Assembly: GCA_043814095.1 (NCBI GenBank)
Contig: JBDRKI010000102.1
Coordinates: 64,001-128,000 of the forward strand
Direction: 5' to 3'
Length of the DNA stretch: 64,000 bases
From: Armatimonadota bacterium
Lineage (GTDB): Bacteria; Vulcanimicrobiota; JACPDS01; JBDRKI01
A program made the position numbers and the translations under genes. This document shows, one piece after another, positions 18,678-28,924 of the stretch. Every line of letters starts with the position of its first letter. The first letter of the stretch is position 1. Under the pieces are notes generated by a model. That model saw only the letters and a program-made list of their open reading frames with translations. It was not told where the DNA came from and ran no database searches.

Positions 18678-19929
18678 TATATATTGGCTTTCCCTTCTTA
18701 ATAACGCATTCAACAAGATTTGTGCCGAAATAATAAGGCATCTCCCTGTAATCCGGTATTCCTAATACACAGAAATCCGCCTGTTTCCCTCTGGCTATAC
18801 TTCCCGCCATATTGCTTACGCCTGCCGCATAAGCACCGTTTATGGTAATAGAGTTTATTGCTTCCTCGGATGTTATTTTCATCTTCAAGCACCCTAAAGA
18901 AGCAATCATCTGCAAAGATAATGTCTGGCAGCTTCCCGCGTTAAAATCCGTGGCAAGTGCTGTTATTACCCCTGAATCTATCAATTTTCTTGCGGGTGCA
19001 TATTTATCCTTACCGAGAAAGAACGTGGTACCAGGGAGTATAACACCGGCTGTTTTGTTTTCAGCCATAAGCTTTATGTCTTTATCCCCTATATTCATTA
19101 AATGATCGGAAGAAGTTCCTTTTAAGGAAGCAATAAGAGAACTGCCGCCTAAATTTTTAAATTCATCCGCGTGAATTTTAAGTTTAAAACCCAGTCTCTT
19201 CGCTTTTTCCAGAATCCTCCTGCTTTCCTCCAGCGTAAATGCGCCTTCTTCGCAGAACACATCAATAAATTCCGCAAGGTTTTCTTTTTTTACCAGGGGC
19301 ATCATTTCATTTATTACAATATCTATATATTTTTTTCTGTCCTGTTTATATTCCTTGGGTACGGAATGAGCCCCGAGGAAAGTAGAAACTATATCAACAG
19401 GCAGTGTTTTCTTAAGCTTTTTTATGACTTTCAGGGTTTTTATTTCGGACTCTGAGCTGAGCCCGTACCCGCTTTTTACTTCAACAGTCGTAGTGCCGTG
19501 TCTTAACATTATTTCTATAAAAAGCTTAGCTCGTTTGTATAAAAGATCGGCACTTACCCCCCTTGTATTATTTACGGTTGACTGGATGCCGCCCCCTTTA
19601 GCGTGGATTTCTTCATAAGTGACGCCGTGAGCTCTGGCCTGGAACTCGGCAACTCTTGATCCTCCAAAGACAGGATGGGTATGTGAATCCACAAAACCCG
19701 GGAGTATAACTTTATCTTTAAAATCAATTACCTTTTCCGCTTTCTTGTTCTTTTTATTCAATACGGACAATTTATCTATATCAACAATTCTGCCGTCTTT
19801 AACCGCGATAAATGAATCTTTTAACAGGTTTACATCCTGCATCTGCTTACCTGTTTTATACCCTTTAGAGCTGTGGCAGGTTAAAATTGTACCGCCGGTT
19901 ATAATCAAATCCATTCTATTATCGGCCAT
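18667..19929 (-). CDS. hutI: Imidazolonepropionase
   Basis: PGFVDSHTHPVFGG.R..EF, EVKSGYGL, FLGAH, KIHADE, ATDFN. Confidence 0.92.
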   Translation of the reverse strand: MADNRMDLIITGGTILTCHSSKGYKTGKQMQDVNLLKDSFIAVKDGRIVDIDKLSVLNKKNKKAEKVIDFKDKVILPGFVDSHTHPVFGGSRVAEFQARAHGVTYEEIHAKGGGIQSTVNNTRGVSADLLYKRAKLFIEIMLRHGTTTVEVKSGYGLSSESEIKTLKVIKKLKKTLPVDIVSTFLGAHSVPKEYKQDRKKYIDIVINEMMPLVKKENLAEFIDVFCEEGAFTLEESRRILEKAKRLGFKLKIHADEFKNLGGSSLIASLKGTSSDHLMNIGDKDIKLMAENKTAGVILPGTTFFLGKDKYAPARKLIDSGVITALATDFNAGSCQTLSLQMIASLGCLKMKITSEEAINSITINGAYAAGVSNMAGSIARGKQADFCVLGIPDYREMPYYFGTNLVECVIKKGKPIYKPR

Positions 19930-20037
19930 TACTTTTACCTCTTATCCTTTGTAAATTGTAAACTATATAAAAAAATAATATTTAATATTATTTTGGGAAA
20001 TTAAGGTAAAATTCCTGCAAGGATTGTGTTAAGATGC

Positions 20038-20427
20038 TTATTCAGGCTTAAAAATATCGATCTCGTTTTTAAGCACGTTATAATCTAAATCTTTAGTAAC
20101 AAGTTTACAGTTATGTTCTATGGCAAAAGACGCTATATAGCTGTCAGCGATACCTAATTTATAAATAGCTTTTAATCTGCCCGCATTTAAAATAACTCTC
20201 TCATTAGGCAACAATACAGGCAAATCCCAGCTTTTAACTATACCGTATATGCTGTCTGCTTTAGCTTTGTCAAGCCTATTCCAAACCAAATAATATAATT
20301 CAGTTAAACAAATAAATGGAATCGCGCAATTATTTAAAATTGACGAGATATCATCTGCGCCTCTTTCATTTGCTAAATAAGCAATTAAAGCGGATGTATC
20401 TAATATGTAAAAATTTTCTTTAATCAT
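20038..20427 (-). CDS. vapC: VapC/PIN toxin
   Basis: ILDTSALIAY, TELYY, ADSYI, LVTKD; start overlaps the antitoxin stop. Confidence 0.85.
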   Translation of the reverse strand: MIKENFYILDTSALIAYLANERGADDISSILNNCAIPFICLTELYYLVWNRLDKAKADSIYGIVKSWDLPVLLPNERVILNAGRLKAIYKLGIADSYIASFAIEHNCKLVTKDLDYNVLKNEIDIFKPE

Positions 20428-20659
20428 ATTTAAGATTTTCAACTCTTCTTTCTGATCTTCTTTGAGTTATAAGGTCTTTCACGGATATCCCTTTTAAGAT
20501 GCCGCGCGCATCTTTGCAGCTTTTTCCGGGTATGGGAACAATAACAATTTCGTTCCCCAGATCAATCAGCTCAACTTTGCTTTTCGGCTTCAATCCGTAT
20601 TTTGCTCTTATGGACGCGGGTATAACTATCTGCCCCTTATTTGATATCTTTATAGTCAT
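20420..20659 (-). CDS. AbrB/MazE-family antitoxin
   Basis: KISNKGQIVIPASIRAKYGL. Confidence 0.88.
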   Translation of the reverse strand: MTIKISNKGQIVIPASIRAKYGLKPKSKVELIDLGNEIVIVPIPGKSCKDARGILKGISVKDLITQRRSERRVENLKYD

Positions 20660-20685
20660 AAATAAGATACCCCCTTCCCAAATAT

Positions 20686-20714
20686 ATTATATACCAAATT
20701 ATACCATATGTCAA
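20686..20714 (-). promoter_or_regulatory. Perfect SigA promoter of the TA operon, containing TGGTATA direct repeats (candidate operator)
   Basis: Minus strand TTGACA-tatggtataatttggta-TATAAT. Confidence 0.75.
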
Positions 20715-20849
20715 ACAAAATCATAAAATGTTCTACTTTCATTTAAAAAATACCACTACGGATAATTTCAAATATTCTTTGTTTTTGCAGGAAAACATAT
20801 TATTTAATTTAATTATTTCACTTATAGATAACAATTACAGGTAATAATC

Positions 20850-22904
20850 GTGGAAAAAATAAAACTAATCATAGAAAATATGGACTGTCCCTCATGCGCC
20901 GGGACTATAGAGAAGAACCTTCCGGATAAAAACGGTATTTTATCAGCGCAGGTTAATTTCGCGTCAAAGGCCGTAATAATAGAATACAGTCCGGATAAGA
21001 CAAATACAGGGGAAATAGCTAAAAAGCTGAAACTGCTCGGGTTTGGCATAAAAGACGAGAGGAAAAAAGGCAGTAAAAATCTTTATTACTACATAGCTTT
21101 TACGGTAGTACCCCTGCTTGTTATCTTACAGCAAATAATATCTCCCCATCATTTGCATTCTAAGGGATTTCCGGTAGCGTCATTAGCGGTAATATTCGCT
21201 TTTGGCACTTTTAAGAGCGCTTATATAAGTTTGAGAAGAAAAAACATAACGGCGGAACTTTATATGTCTCTCGGCATACTGGTCACATTCTTCATGGGAG
21301 AATTCGTGCCTTCCGCGGTTATCGTTCTTTTCCAGAACATAGGCCAGTTTCTGGATGAGTCAACCTCCGCCAAAGCCGCTTCAGCCATACAGGAGATTAT
21401 AAAAATATCGCCTGAAAAAGCTAGGATTATAAACGGTACGGGCCAGATTGAAGTTCCGGCGGAAGAAGTAAAGATAAATGATATAGTGCTTGTTAAATCA
21501 GGAGAGAAGATACCCGTTGACGGCGTTATTATAGAAGGAAACGGTTTTGTAAATCAGAGCTCTATAACAGGGGAATCAATACCCCAGGAAAAAATACCGG
21601 GCCTTGAGGTATATGCATCTTCCATTCTTGAAGAAGGTTTTTTAAAGGTTAAAACTGCCAAGACATACCACAACACGGTATTTTATAAAATTATAAATTT
21701 AATTGAAGAAGCGGATAAGCAAAAATCCAAAGTCCAGAAAATTGCAGATAAATTCGCGGCATATTTCCTCCCTGCCATATTATTCATCGCGGCAACGGTC
21801 TTTCTCCTGTCAAAAAATTTAAACTCCGCGGTTGCTGTCATAATTGTGGCATGCCCCTGTTCAATAGCCGTAGCTACGCCTCTTGCGGTTATGGCAAGCG
21901 CAGGGAGCCTTGCAAGAAGCGGCATTATTATAAAGGGGGGGCTTTCTTTAGAAGTGCTCTCAAAAGTAAACGTAATGGTTATGGATAAGACAGGCACCAT
22001 AACAATAGGTGAACCGGAAGTTTCTTCAATTAAAAGCTTTGCGGATGCCGGCGATATGGAGGTATTATCTAAAGCCGCATCCTGCGAAATATATTCAGAG
22101 CATCTGCTTGCAAAAGCGATAATCAAAAAAGCGAAAGAATTAAAAATATACATAGAACATCCGGATAACATAAAAGTAGTCCCGGGCAAAGGAATTACGG
22201 CATATACAGGTTCTGATATTATACTTATGGGCAATAAATTTCTTTTTGACGGTATAAAAATACCGGAAGAAGCTGTAAAATATGTAGATAAAATTGAAAA
22301 AGAAGGACAGAGCTCCATCTTAATAGCTTACAACAATATCTTTTACGGTGTTATAGGCATCCAGGACCGGATAAGAGATGAAATTAAACAGGCAATTACT
22401 AATTTAAATAAATTAGGAATTAAGGATATATATATTGTTACGGGGGACAATAAAGCCGCCGCGGAGAGTCTCGCGAAAAAAATAAATATAGATAAAGTTT
22501 ATTCGGAGCAACTCCCTGAAGATAAAGTAAATGTCATCAAAGACCTGCAGAAAGACGGAAAAACTGTTGTTTTTGTCGGAGACGGCATAAATGACGCCCC
22601 GGCATTAAAAACAGCTGATTTAAGCATAGCGATGGGCGTGGCCGGCACCCATATAGCCGTTGAGACTGCCGATATAATTCTTATGAATGACAACCTTAAG
22701 CTTCTGCCTTTAGCTGTAAAGCAGGGAAAAAGAACAGCTTCTACAATAAAGCAGAACATATTTTTCGGGCTTACTTTCAATATACTCGGAGTCATTGCCG
22801 CCTCTATAGGGCTTCTTGCCCCTATCTGGGCTGCGATGGCGCATGTTATACCCGATGTATTCGTATTCGGAAATTCGGCTAAATTAATAAGGAGGATCAA
22901 ATGA
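20850..22904 (+). CDS. Heavy-metal P1B-type ATPase with N-terminal HMA domain
   Basis: MDCPSC, TGES, CPC, DKTGT, GDGINDAP. Confidence 0.92.
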   Translation: MEKIKLIIENMDCPSCAGTIEKNLPDKNGILSAQVNFASKAVIIEYSPDKTNTGEIAKKLKLLGFGIKDERKKGSKNLYYYIAFTVVPLLVILQQIISPHHLHSKGFPVASLAVIFAFGTFKSAYISLRRKNITAELYMSLGILVTFFMGEFVPSAVIVLFQNIGQFLDESTSAKAASAIQEIIKISPEKARIINGTGQIEVPAEEVKINDIVLVKSGEKIPVDGVIIEGNGFVNQSSITGESIPQEKIPGLEVYASSILEEGFLKVKTAKTYHNTVFYKIINLIEEADKQKSKVQKIADKFAAYFLPAILFIAATVFLLSKNLNSAVAVIIVACPCSIAVATPLAVMASAGSLARSGIIIKGGLSLEVLSKVNVMVMDKTGTITIGEPEVSSIKSFADAGDMEVLSKAASCEIYSEHLLAKAIIKKAKELKIYIEHPDNIKVVPGKGITAYTGSDIILMGNKFLFDGIKIPEEAVKYVDKIEKEGQSSILIAYNNIFYGVIGIQDRIRDEIKQAITNLNKLGIKDIYIVTGDNKAAAESLAKKINIDKVYSEQLPEDKVNVIKDLQKDGKTVVFVGDGINDAPALKTADLSIAMGVAGTHIAVETADIILMNDNLKLLPLAVKQGKRTASTIKQNIFFGLTFNILGVIAASIGLLAPIWAAMAHVIPDVFVFGNSAKLIRRIK

Positions 22905-23206
22905 CCGAAGAGAAAAAAGACCATACCCGGGAGATTAATCCCGAGGACTTATTCCCGCAGGATATATACACTTTTATGAAAGTCCTTATAAGTTCTCTGT
23001 CTTCTCAGGCATGGATATTTTTAGGGTTAGTCCCCCACCCCGTAAGCAAAAAGACGGAAAAAGACATAGCCCAGGTTAAAATAGCCATAGATACGATAGA
23101 ATTTATCCATAAACAGATAGAAGACAAGCTTGACGAACAGGAAAAGAATGCGTTCGCAGAGCTGATAGGCAATTTAAAATTAAACTTTATAGAACAGAAT
23201 AAGTAA
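22901..23206 (+). CDS. Small conserved protein (DUF1844-like)
   Basis: QAWIFLGLVPHP...AIDTI...L..NF pattern; ATGA overlap with the ATPase. Confidence 0.7.
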   Translation: MTEEKKDHTREINPEDLFPQDIYTFMKVLISSLSSQAWIFLGLVPHPVSKKTEKDIAQVKIAIDTIEFIHKQIEDKLDEQEKNAFAELIGNLKLNFIEQNK

Positions 23207-23215
23207 AGATTTAGA

Positions 23216-23291
23216 TGGAGCCGGGGAGCGGGTTCGAACCGCCGACCTGCGCGTTACGAGTGCGCTGCTCTGCCAGCTGAGCTACCCCGGC
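23216..23291 (-). tRNA. tRNA-Thr(CGT), CCA encoded
   Basis: GCCGGGGTAGCTCAGCTGGCAGAGCAGCGCACTCGTAACGCGCAGGTCGGCGGTTCGAACCCGCTCCCCGGCTCCA; full cloverleaf, 76 nt. Confidence 0.96.
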
Positions 23292-24522
23292 GTTTTGGCT
23301 TTATTTTATCTTTTTTCTTTTCTTCCTTCTTTTCTTCTTTAATTTTTAACCAGTTTTCTTTTGTGGGAACTTCTATTTTAATTGATTTTTTCTTGCTTCT
23401 CTGCCTTCCAAACTCTATTCTAGCCCCGAAAGTGTTTAGAATATCGTTGTATATGGGAAAATTCAACTCTACCGGAGAAAACTGCAGGTCTTTTAAATAA
23501 CTGTATTTGTCAAACAGCACAAGCTGGTACCCATTCTCCTGTCCGTTTGCCGGAGTCAGGATATTGAATACGGCATTACCGTTATTATTATTTATACCGA
23601 CCCTTATCTCTATGCTTTCACTGGTAAAGTCGGATTCATCGTTCTGAATTATCTCCACAAAAATATCCTTAAGCCTTCTTTTATCAATCAGGAGATTGGA
23701 GATATCCTCATGTTTTATATTAAAATTTAATCTTTTGCCGTCTGATCTTTCTTCAATGTAATATTCAATCTCGTTGATAAAATTTTTCAGCTCAACTTCT
23801 TCTACTTTAGACTTAAGGCCTCTTATCTTTTCATTTTCCCATTCATACAAAAAATTTACGGATTTTTGCAGCTGTTTTGCTTTGTTTTCCAGATTGTTGA
23901 TAAATAAATACTTTGTTTCTTCATCTAATTCTTCATTTAAAAGAAGCTCTGATAGCTTATTTATATAATGCAGCGGTTTTTTATACTGGATTATAAGGCC
24001 GTTTATATAAGCAGATTTTTTTTCTTCATCCGATAAAAGTTCATTATTTATGACTTTCAGCGCGTTTTCCGAATCCTTCAGTTCTTTATTTGCGTTCTCT
24101 AAATATTTTGCGAGCTCTCCCAGTTCTTTGTCTTTAGAAGTTATTTTTTCTTTAAGAACGCTTTTAGCCGCGTTTAATAATGAGATATGCTTTTTTAACT
24201 TAGGCGATTTTATAAAATGGATTATAAATGTTTTTTCAGATTTTTTATCGGCGCCAATCGCGGCTGAGTGAAAAGCTACCGGATATTCTTCTCCTGTTTT
24301 TGTTGAAATTACGCCTTCCCCGTCGGTATTTTTCTTTTTAAATATATCTTCTGGCTCCTGCGTCTTGAAATACTCCTCAAGAGGCCTGCCGGCAATCTCT
24401 TTTTTGCCGTATCCGGTTATACCGGCAAAATACCGGTTTGCCGATATAATGCTGCCCTTGCTGTCAACAAGCACAAAGGCGGAGTTAAAAAAATCCAAAG
24501 CATCAGTTTTTAAGTCTTTCAT
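23254..24522 (-). CDS. PAS + coiled-coil + degenerate HisKA/HATPase protein (pseudo-histidine kinase)
   Basis: PAS (VDSKGSIISANRYFAGITGY..EIAGR); H-box position reads IIQYKKPL; N-box remnant DKRRLKDIFVEIIQN; no G boxes; GGAG RBS before ATG 24522. Confidence 0.7.
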   Translation of the reverse strand: MKDLKTDALDFFNSAFVLVDSKGSIISANRYFAGITGYGKKEIAGRPLEEYFKTQEPEDIFKKKNTDGEGVISTKTGEEYPVAFHSAAIGADKKSEKTFIIHFIKSPKLKKHISLLNAAKSVLKEKITSKDKELGELAKYLENANKELKDSENALKVINNELLSDEEKKSAYINGLIIQYKKPLHYINKLSELLLNEELDEETKYLFINNLENKAKQLQKSVNFLYEWENEKIRGLKSKVEEVELKNFINEIEYYIEERSDGKRLNFNIKHEDISNLLIDKRRLKDIFVEIIQNDESDFTSESIEIRVGINNNNGNAVFNILTPANGQENGYQLVLFDKYSYLKDLQFSPVELNFPIYNDILNTFGARIEFGRQRSKKKSIKIEVPTKENWLKIKEEKKEEKKKDKIKPKRRGSSAGRAAHS

Positions 24523-24541
24523 AGCATTTTCTCCGTTATAT

Positions 24542-24568
24542 GCAGGTATTCTCAATAAAATTCAGAAT
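24542..24568 (+). promoter_or_regulatory. SigH-like promoter upstream of the trkA pair
   Basis: GCAGGTATT-N11-TCAGAAT. Confidence 0.45.
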
Positions 24569-24643
24569 ACTCACTGGTTGTTAAAAATACCATAATGTAT
24601 TATAATGCATAAGTTCAAATTTAGCAATTACACGGAGGAACCT

Positions 24644-25327
24644 ATGAAAGTAATCATACTGGGATCCGGCAGGCAGGGCGCCAGGTTGGCGCTTCTTCTG
24701 GAAGCTGAAAAGTACGATATTACGGTAATAGATAAAGATCCTCTCGCTTTTAACAGGCTGGAAAATTTTCACGGAAAATTAATACTGGGCAACGGAATAG
24801 ACGAAGACGTGCTTGTAAAGGCCGGAATAAAAGAAGCTTACGCTTTTGCCGCGGTTACCAACGGCGATAATACAAATTTAATGGCCGCCCAGATCGCTAA
24901 AATTATATATAAAGTGCCCAAAGTTGTCTGCAGGATATATGATCCCAGGCGCTCCGGCATATACCATGACCTGGGCATGGATACGGTATGCTCCACAACA
25001 ACAGGAGCAAGGATGTTAAGAAATATAATTACGACTCCTAAAGTTTTAAGACAGTACCAGATGGGAGACGGGACCGCTGTGGCCATAGAACTTAAACTGG
25101 GTGATAAGATCGCGAACAAAAAGATAAAAGATATTGAATCACCGGGCAAGTTCAGGGTAAGCGGTGCTGTCAGGAACCATAAACCCGTGGTTGTAACGGA
25201 TGATTTTGAGCTTAAGCCGGGAGACCAGATATTCGGGGTTATGGCTACCGAAGAAATAGATTTATTGAAAAAAGTTTTTGACATAGACGAATACGCGGTA
25301 AATTATCCTTTAAAGGGAGGCTACTGA
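24644..25327 (+). CDS. trkA: TrkA/KtrA-family RCK protein
   Basis: IILGSGRQG, AVTNGDNTN; GGAGG RBS. Confidence 0.85.
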   Translation: MKVIILGSGRQGARLALLLEAEKYDITVIDKDPLAFNRLENFHGKLILGNGIDEDVLVKAGIKEAYAFAAVTNGDNTNLMAAQIAKIIYKVPKVVCRIYDPRRSGIYHDLGMDTVCSTTTGARMLRNIITTPKVLRQYQMGDGTAVAIELKLGDKIANKKIKDIESPGKFRVSGAVRNHKPVVVTDDFELKPGDQIFGVMATEEIDLLKKVFDIDEYAVNYPLKGGY

Positions 25328-25989
25328 TGTTTATTATAATCGTAGGAGGCGGGAAAGTAGGTTATTACCTCTTAAAAGACCTGCTTGAAGCCGGACAGGA
25401 AGTCTCAATAATAGAAAAAAACAAACAGAAAGCCGACAGTTTAAGTGAAGTTCTGGGCGGTATCGTTATTAACGGCGACGGGTGCGACCCTCTTGTACTG
25501 GAAAGATCAGGCGCCGAACGCGCCGATATGGTAGTAGCCATAACCGGTGATGATGAAGATAACCTTGTTATATGCCAGGTAACAAAAAGCAAATTCAATG
25601 TTCCTTTCGTGCTGGCCCAGGTTAATAATCCCAAAAATGAATCTATTTTCAAAATTCTCGGCATTGACGCGACAATTTCAAGCACTAACCTCCTGCTCTC
25701 TTTAATAGAGCAGGAAGTAGCGCATAAAGGCATATTCACTTCCCTTCCCATATACAAAAAAGCTGGCGTACAGATCGTGGAAGCCCTTATAACTCCTAAA
25801 TCTTCACTTAACAACAAAACCGTAAAAGATCTCACGCTCCCCCCCCATACCCTGATTACGGGTGTGATAAGGGATGAGAACTGGCTGATACCCGACGGAA
25901 ACTTTGTAATCAAAGCAAATGATATGGTTATATGCATAATCAAAGAAGAAAACTATGACCAGATGAAGAAAATGCTCATAAATGAGTAG
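25327..25989 (+). CDS. trkA: TrkA/KtrA-family RCK protein (second copy)
   Basis: IIVGGGKVG, TGDDEDNL, RCK_C-like IPDG. Confidence 0.87.
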   Translation: MFIIIVGGGKVGYYLLKDLLEAGQEVSIIEKNKQKADSLSEVLGGIVINGDGCDPLVLERSGAERADMVVAITGDDEDNLVICQVTKSKFNVPFVLAQVNNPKNESIFKILGIDATISSTNLLLSLIEQEVAHKGIFTSLPIYKKAGVQIVEALITPKSSLNNKTVKDLTLPPHTLITGVIRDENWLIPDGNFVIKANDMVICIIKEENYDQMKKMLINE

Positions 25990-26023
25990 TTGAAACCAGT
26001 AAAAAATGAACAATGAACATGGC

Positions 26024-26062
26024 ATAATAAAAACCGCTTGAGACCCAAGCGGTTTTTATTAT
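26024..26062. terminator. Bidirectional terminator between trkA and rho
   Basis: ATAATAAAAACCGCTTG-agacc-CAAGCGGTTTTTATTAT. Confidence 0.85.
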
Positions 26063-26095
26063 ATCCATTTATCTTATCTATTTACAGAATGTTTA

Positions 26096-27430
26096 TTATT
26101 TCGTTATATGCTCCTTATGGAGGCTTTTCAAAAAATCTGCATTGCTTTTGGTCTTGTTTAATTTTTCTGAAAATTTTTCGGTTACGTCGCCCGGATCAAA
26201 AAGGTCAAACGCGCGTCTTAAGAGCCATGTCTTTTTCAGATCGTCTTCCGGCAGAAGAAGTTCTTCATGCCTTGTTCCTGACCTTTTAATATCTATAGCA
26301 GGGTATATTCTTCTCTCGGCAAGGCGCCTGTCAAGATCAAGCTCCATATTGCCGGTGCCTTTAAATTCTTCAAAGATAACGTCATCCATCTTACTGCCTG
26401 TTTCAATTAAAGCTGTAGCAAGTATTGTAAGGCTCCCGCCTTCTTCAATATTTCTTGCAGAGCCGAAAAATCTTTTAGGCATTCTTAAGGCCGTTGTGTC
26501 CAGACCGCCCGATAAAGTCCTGCCGCTTGCGGGGGTTACGTTATTATACGCCCTGGCAAGCCTTGTAATGCTGTCTAAAAGTATGACAACATCATTGCCT
26601 TCTTCAACAAGCCTTTTTGCTCTTTCTAAAAGAAGCTCGGATATCCTGGTATGCTGTTCCGGAGGTTCGTCAAAAGTTGAACTTACAACTTCACCCTTTA
26701 TGGACCTTTCCATATCCGTTACTTCTTCGGGACGCTCGTCTATAAGAAGGGCCATTAAAACTACTTCCGGGAAATTGCTGGAGATACCGTTTGCTATCTT
26801 CTTAAGGAGAATGGTCTTGCCCGCTTTGGGAGGTGAGACTATAAGGCCTCTCTGGCCTTTGCCTATGGGGCATAGAAGATCTATTATCCTTGTTGATATC
26901 TCATTTCCCACTGTTTCCAGTTCGAACCTTTCATCGGGGAATATAGGGGTTAATTTTTCAAACATGGGCCTTGCTCTTGCAAGTTCAGGGTCTTTATCAT
27001 TTACCGCAAGCACCCTTAATAAGCCGTAGTATTTCTCACCGTTTTTAGGAGGTCTTATCTGGCCTGCCACATAATCCCCTACCCTTAAATTAAATCTTTT
27101 TATCTGTGACTGGGATATGTAGATATCTGAACTGCCCGGCAGATAAGTTGAGCTTCTTAAAAACCCGTAGCCGTCAGGCAGTATTTCAAGTATTCCGGAA
27201 GAAAAATTCAAGCCCTGTTTTATGGCTTGAGCCTCCATGATTTTGTAAATCAGGTCGGGTTTATCATACTTCTGGTAATTCTGTATGCCTGCTTCTTTGG
27301 CTTTGGCGTTAAGAGCCGTTTTGCCGAGTTTTTCAAAAACTCCGTAGTTTTCTACCACTGTTACGTTTTCTGTTCTTGTTTCCCGTTTTTCTTCTTTTTT
27401 GATTTCTTTTTTTGCTTCGTTCTCCGTCAT
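26096..27430 (-). CDS. rho: Transcription termination factor Rho
   Basis: [50 protein letters not shown]. Confidence 0.97.
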   Translation of the reverse strand: MTENEAKKEIKKEEKRETRTENVTVVENYGVFEKLGKTALNAKAKEAGIQNYQKYDKPDLIYKIMEAQAIKQGLNFSSGILEILPDGYGFLRSSTYLPGSSDIYISQSQIKRFNLRVGDYVAGQIRPPKNGEKYYGLLRVLAVNDKDPELARARPMFEKLTPIFPDERFELETVGNEISTRIIDLLCPIGKGQRGLIVSPPKAGKTILLKKIANGISSNFPEVVLMALLIDERPEEVTDMERSIKGEVVSSTFDEPPEQHTRISELLLERAKRLVEEGNDVVILLDSITRLARAYNNVTPASGRTLSGGLDTTALRMPKRFFGSARNIEEGGSLTILATALIETGSKMDDVIFEEFKGTGNMELDLDRRLAERRIYPAIDIKRSGTRHEELLLPEDDLKKTWLLRRAFDLFDPGDVTEKFSEKLNKTKSNADFLKSLHKEHITK

Positions 27431-27449
27431 TTCTCCTCCAGATTTTGCT

Positions 27450-28100
27450 TTACAGTGCCGCCGGCACTTTTTTCCAGTCTTCCATGAATTTCTGTATTCC
27501 TATGTCAGTTAAGGGGTGTTTAAACATCTGCTCTACTATTTTATAGGGGATGGTAGCGATATGCGCTCCCGCTTTTGCCGATTCAACTACATGCTGTGGA
27601 TGTCTTATGCTGGCGGATATAACTTCCGTTTTAAACCCGTAAGTGTCTATTATGGGTATTATTTCGTATAGAAGATCTATGCCGTTCCAGCCTGTATCAT
27701 CAATCCTGCCGACAAACGGACTTATATATGTCGCCCCCGCTTTACATGCCAGAAGCGCTTGATTCGCCGAGAAAACAAGAGTAACATTTGTTTTAATATT
27801 CTCTTTGCTGAGAACACTTGTGGCTTTTATGCCTTCTTTTGTCATGGGAACTTTAACAACCACGTTTTCAGACCATTTACTGAGCTGGCGCGCCTCTTTT
27901 ATAATTCCTTCGGCGTCCATGCTTACCGCTTCGGCGCTTACGGGCCCTTTGCATATATCACAGATTTCAGTAATTACTTCTTTAAAATCTTTTTTCTCTT
28001 TTGATACCAGAGACGGGTTTGTTGTAACCCCGTCAATAATACCCCATGAACATGCCGTTCTTATGTCTTCAATATTCGCCGTGTCTAAAAATATTTTCAT
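27450..28100 (-). CDS. tal: Transaldolase (short FSA/TalC type)
   Basis: [27 protein letters not shown] (Phe, as in transaldolases). Confidence 0.9.
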   Translation of the reverse strand: MKIFLDTANIEDIRTACSWGIIDGVTTNPSLVSKEKKDFKEVITEICDICKGPVSAEAVSMDAEGIIKEARQLSKWSENVVVKVPMTKEGIKATSVLSKENIKTNVTLVFSANQALLACKAGATYISPFVGRIDDTGWNGIDLLYEIIPIIDTYGFKTEVISASIRHPQHVVESAKAGAHIATIPYKIVEQMFKHPLTDIGIQKFMEDWKKVPAAL

Positions 28101-28188
28101 TTCCTTCCTCCTCGTAATTTAAGATACAATAAAAAATTACTTTCCTTGTGCGGGTGGATTTTTAAAATAACAAGACATCTACATACAC

Positions 28189-28797
28189 TTAGATGGCCGG
28201 TTTTTCCGTCAACCTGCTGTTAATTTTTTTACCGTATTCATTTTCAAGTTTGCTTAAAATATCTTTTGCTTCGGATTTTTCTAAATCTGTTATTATCAAC
28301 GCATGGTAATCAGAGGGTATACTTTTGTAATATTTTTCCGCCTCAAACCTGACGGAGGTTTTTTTGTATACTTCAGCGGCCAACGCGATCGCCTTGCTTT
28401 TATCCGTATATACAGAACCTACATATATTTTAAATTTGTTTAGTTTCGGAATATCCTCTTCTTTAACAGAGTAACCTTTTTGTTTTAAAAGAACTTTTAT
28501 GCTTTCAAAAGCGTCATTTTTAGGAAAATCTTGAGCCACAACATAACCCGTAAGTTTCTTTTTATAATCCTTATAGGGGTGTTTATAGGAAGAATTGATG
28601 CCTGATTTATCAAGCAGACTTTTTACCGCGTCTGCTTCCTGTCCTGAATCAAACATCAAGGCAAGAGTCCAGCGCTTTTGCTGGAAGAGCTCTCTTTTTG
28701 TTATCTCTTTCTCTGCCGCCCAGTAAAAATAAGCGTTTAATAAAAGGACAATGAAAACAACGGCTATTAATATTCTTCTTAGAATTTTAATGGACAA
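28189..28797 (-). CDS. Hypothetical membrane-anchored/exported protein (possible SPOR-like domain)
   Basis: N-terminal TM; FKIYVGSVYTDKSKAIALA resembles SPOR; TTGACA-N17-TAGAAT promoter upstream. Confidence 0.6.
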   Translation of the reverse strand: MSIKILRRILIAVVFIVLLLNAYFYWAAEKEITKRELFQQKRWTLALMFDSGQEADAVKSLLDKSGINSSYKHPYKDYKKKLTGYVVAQDFPKNDAFESIKVLLKQKGYSVKEEDIPKLNKFKIYVGSVYTDKSKAIALAAEVYKKTSVRFEAEKYYKSIPSDYHALIITDLEKSEAKDILSKLENEYGKKINSRLTEKPAI

Positions 28798-28924
28798 GGT
28801 GTATTCTCCATAAGTGAGTTTGTAAAAGTAAAATCATTCTAACTAAATTCTTAATTCCTGTCAATATTTCATATTCCTTACTTTTTAAAAATTCCCTTTT
28901 TATTTTTGCATTAATTTATCTTAA

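Noticed and set aside
21683..22924. Minus-strand ORFs of 211 and 141 aa
   Set aside because: Antisense shadows of the P-type ATPase.
20038..23216. Possible island integrated at tRNA-Thr (vapBC + metal ATPase)
   Set aside because: No integrase and no duplicated tRNA 3' end seen.
26142..27029. 295-aa plus-strand ORF
   Set aside because: Antisense shadow of the highly conserved rho; no independent features.
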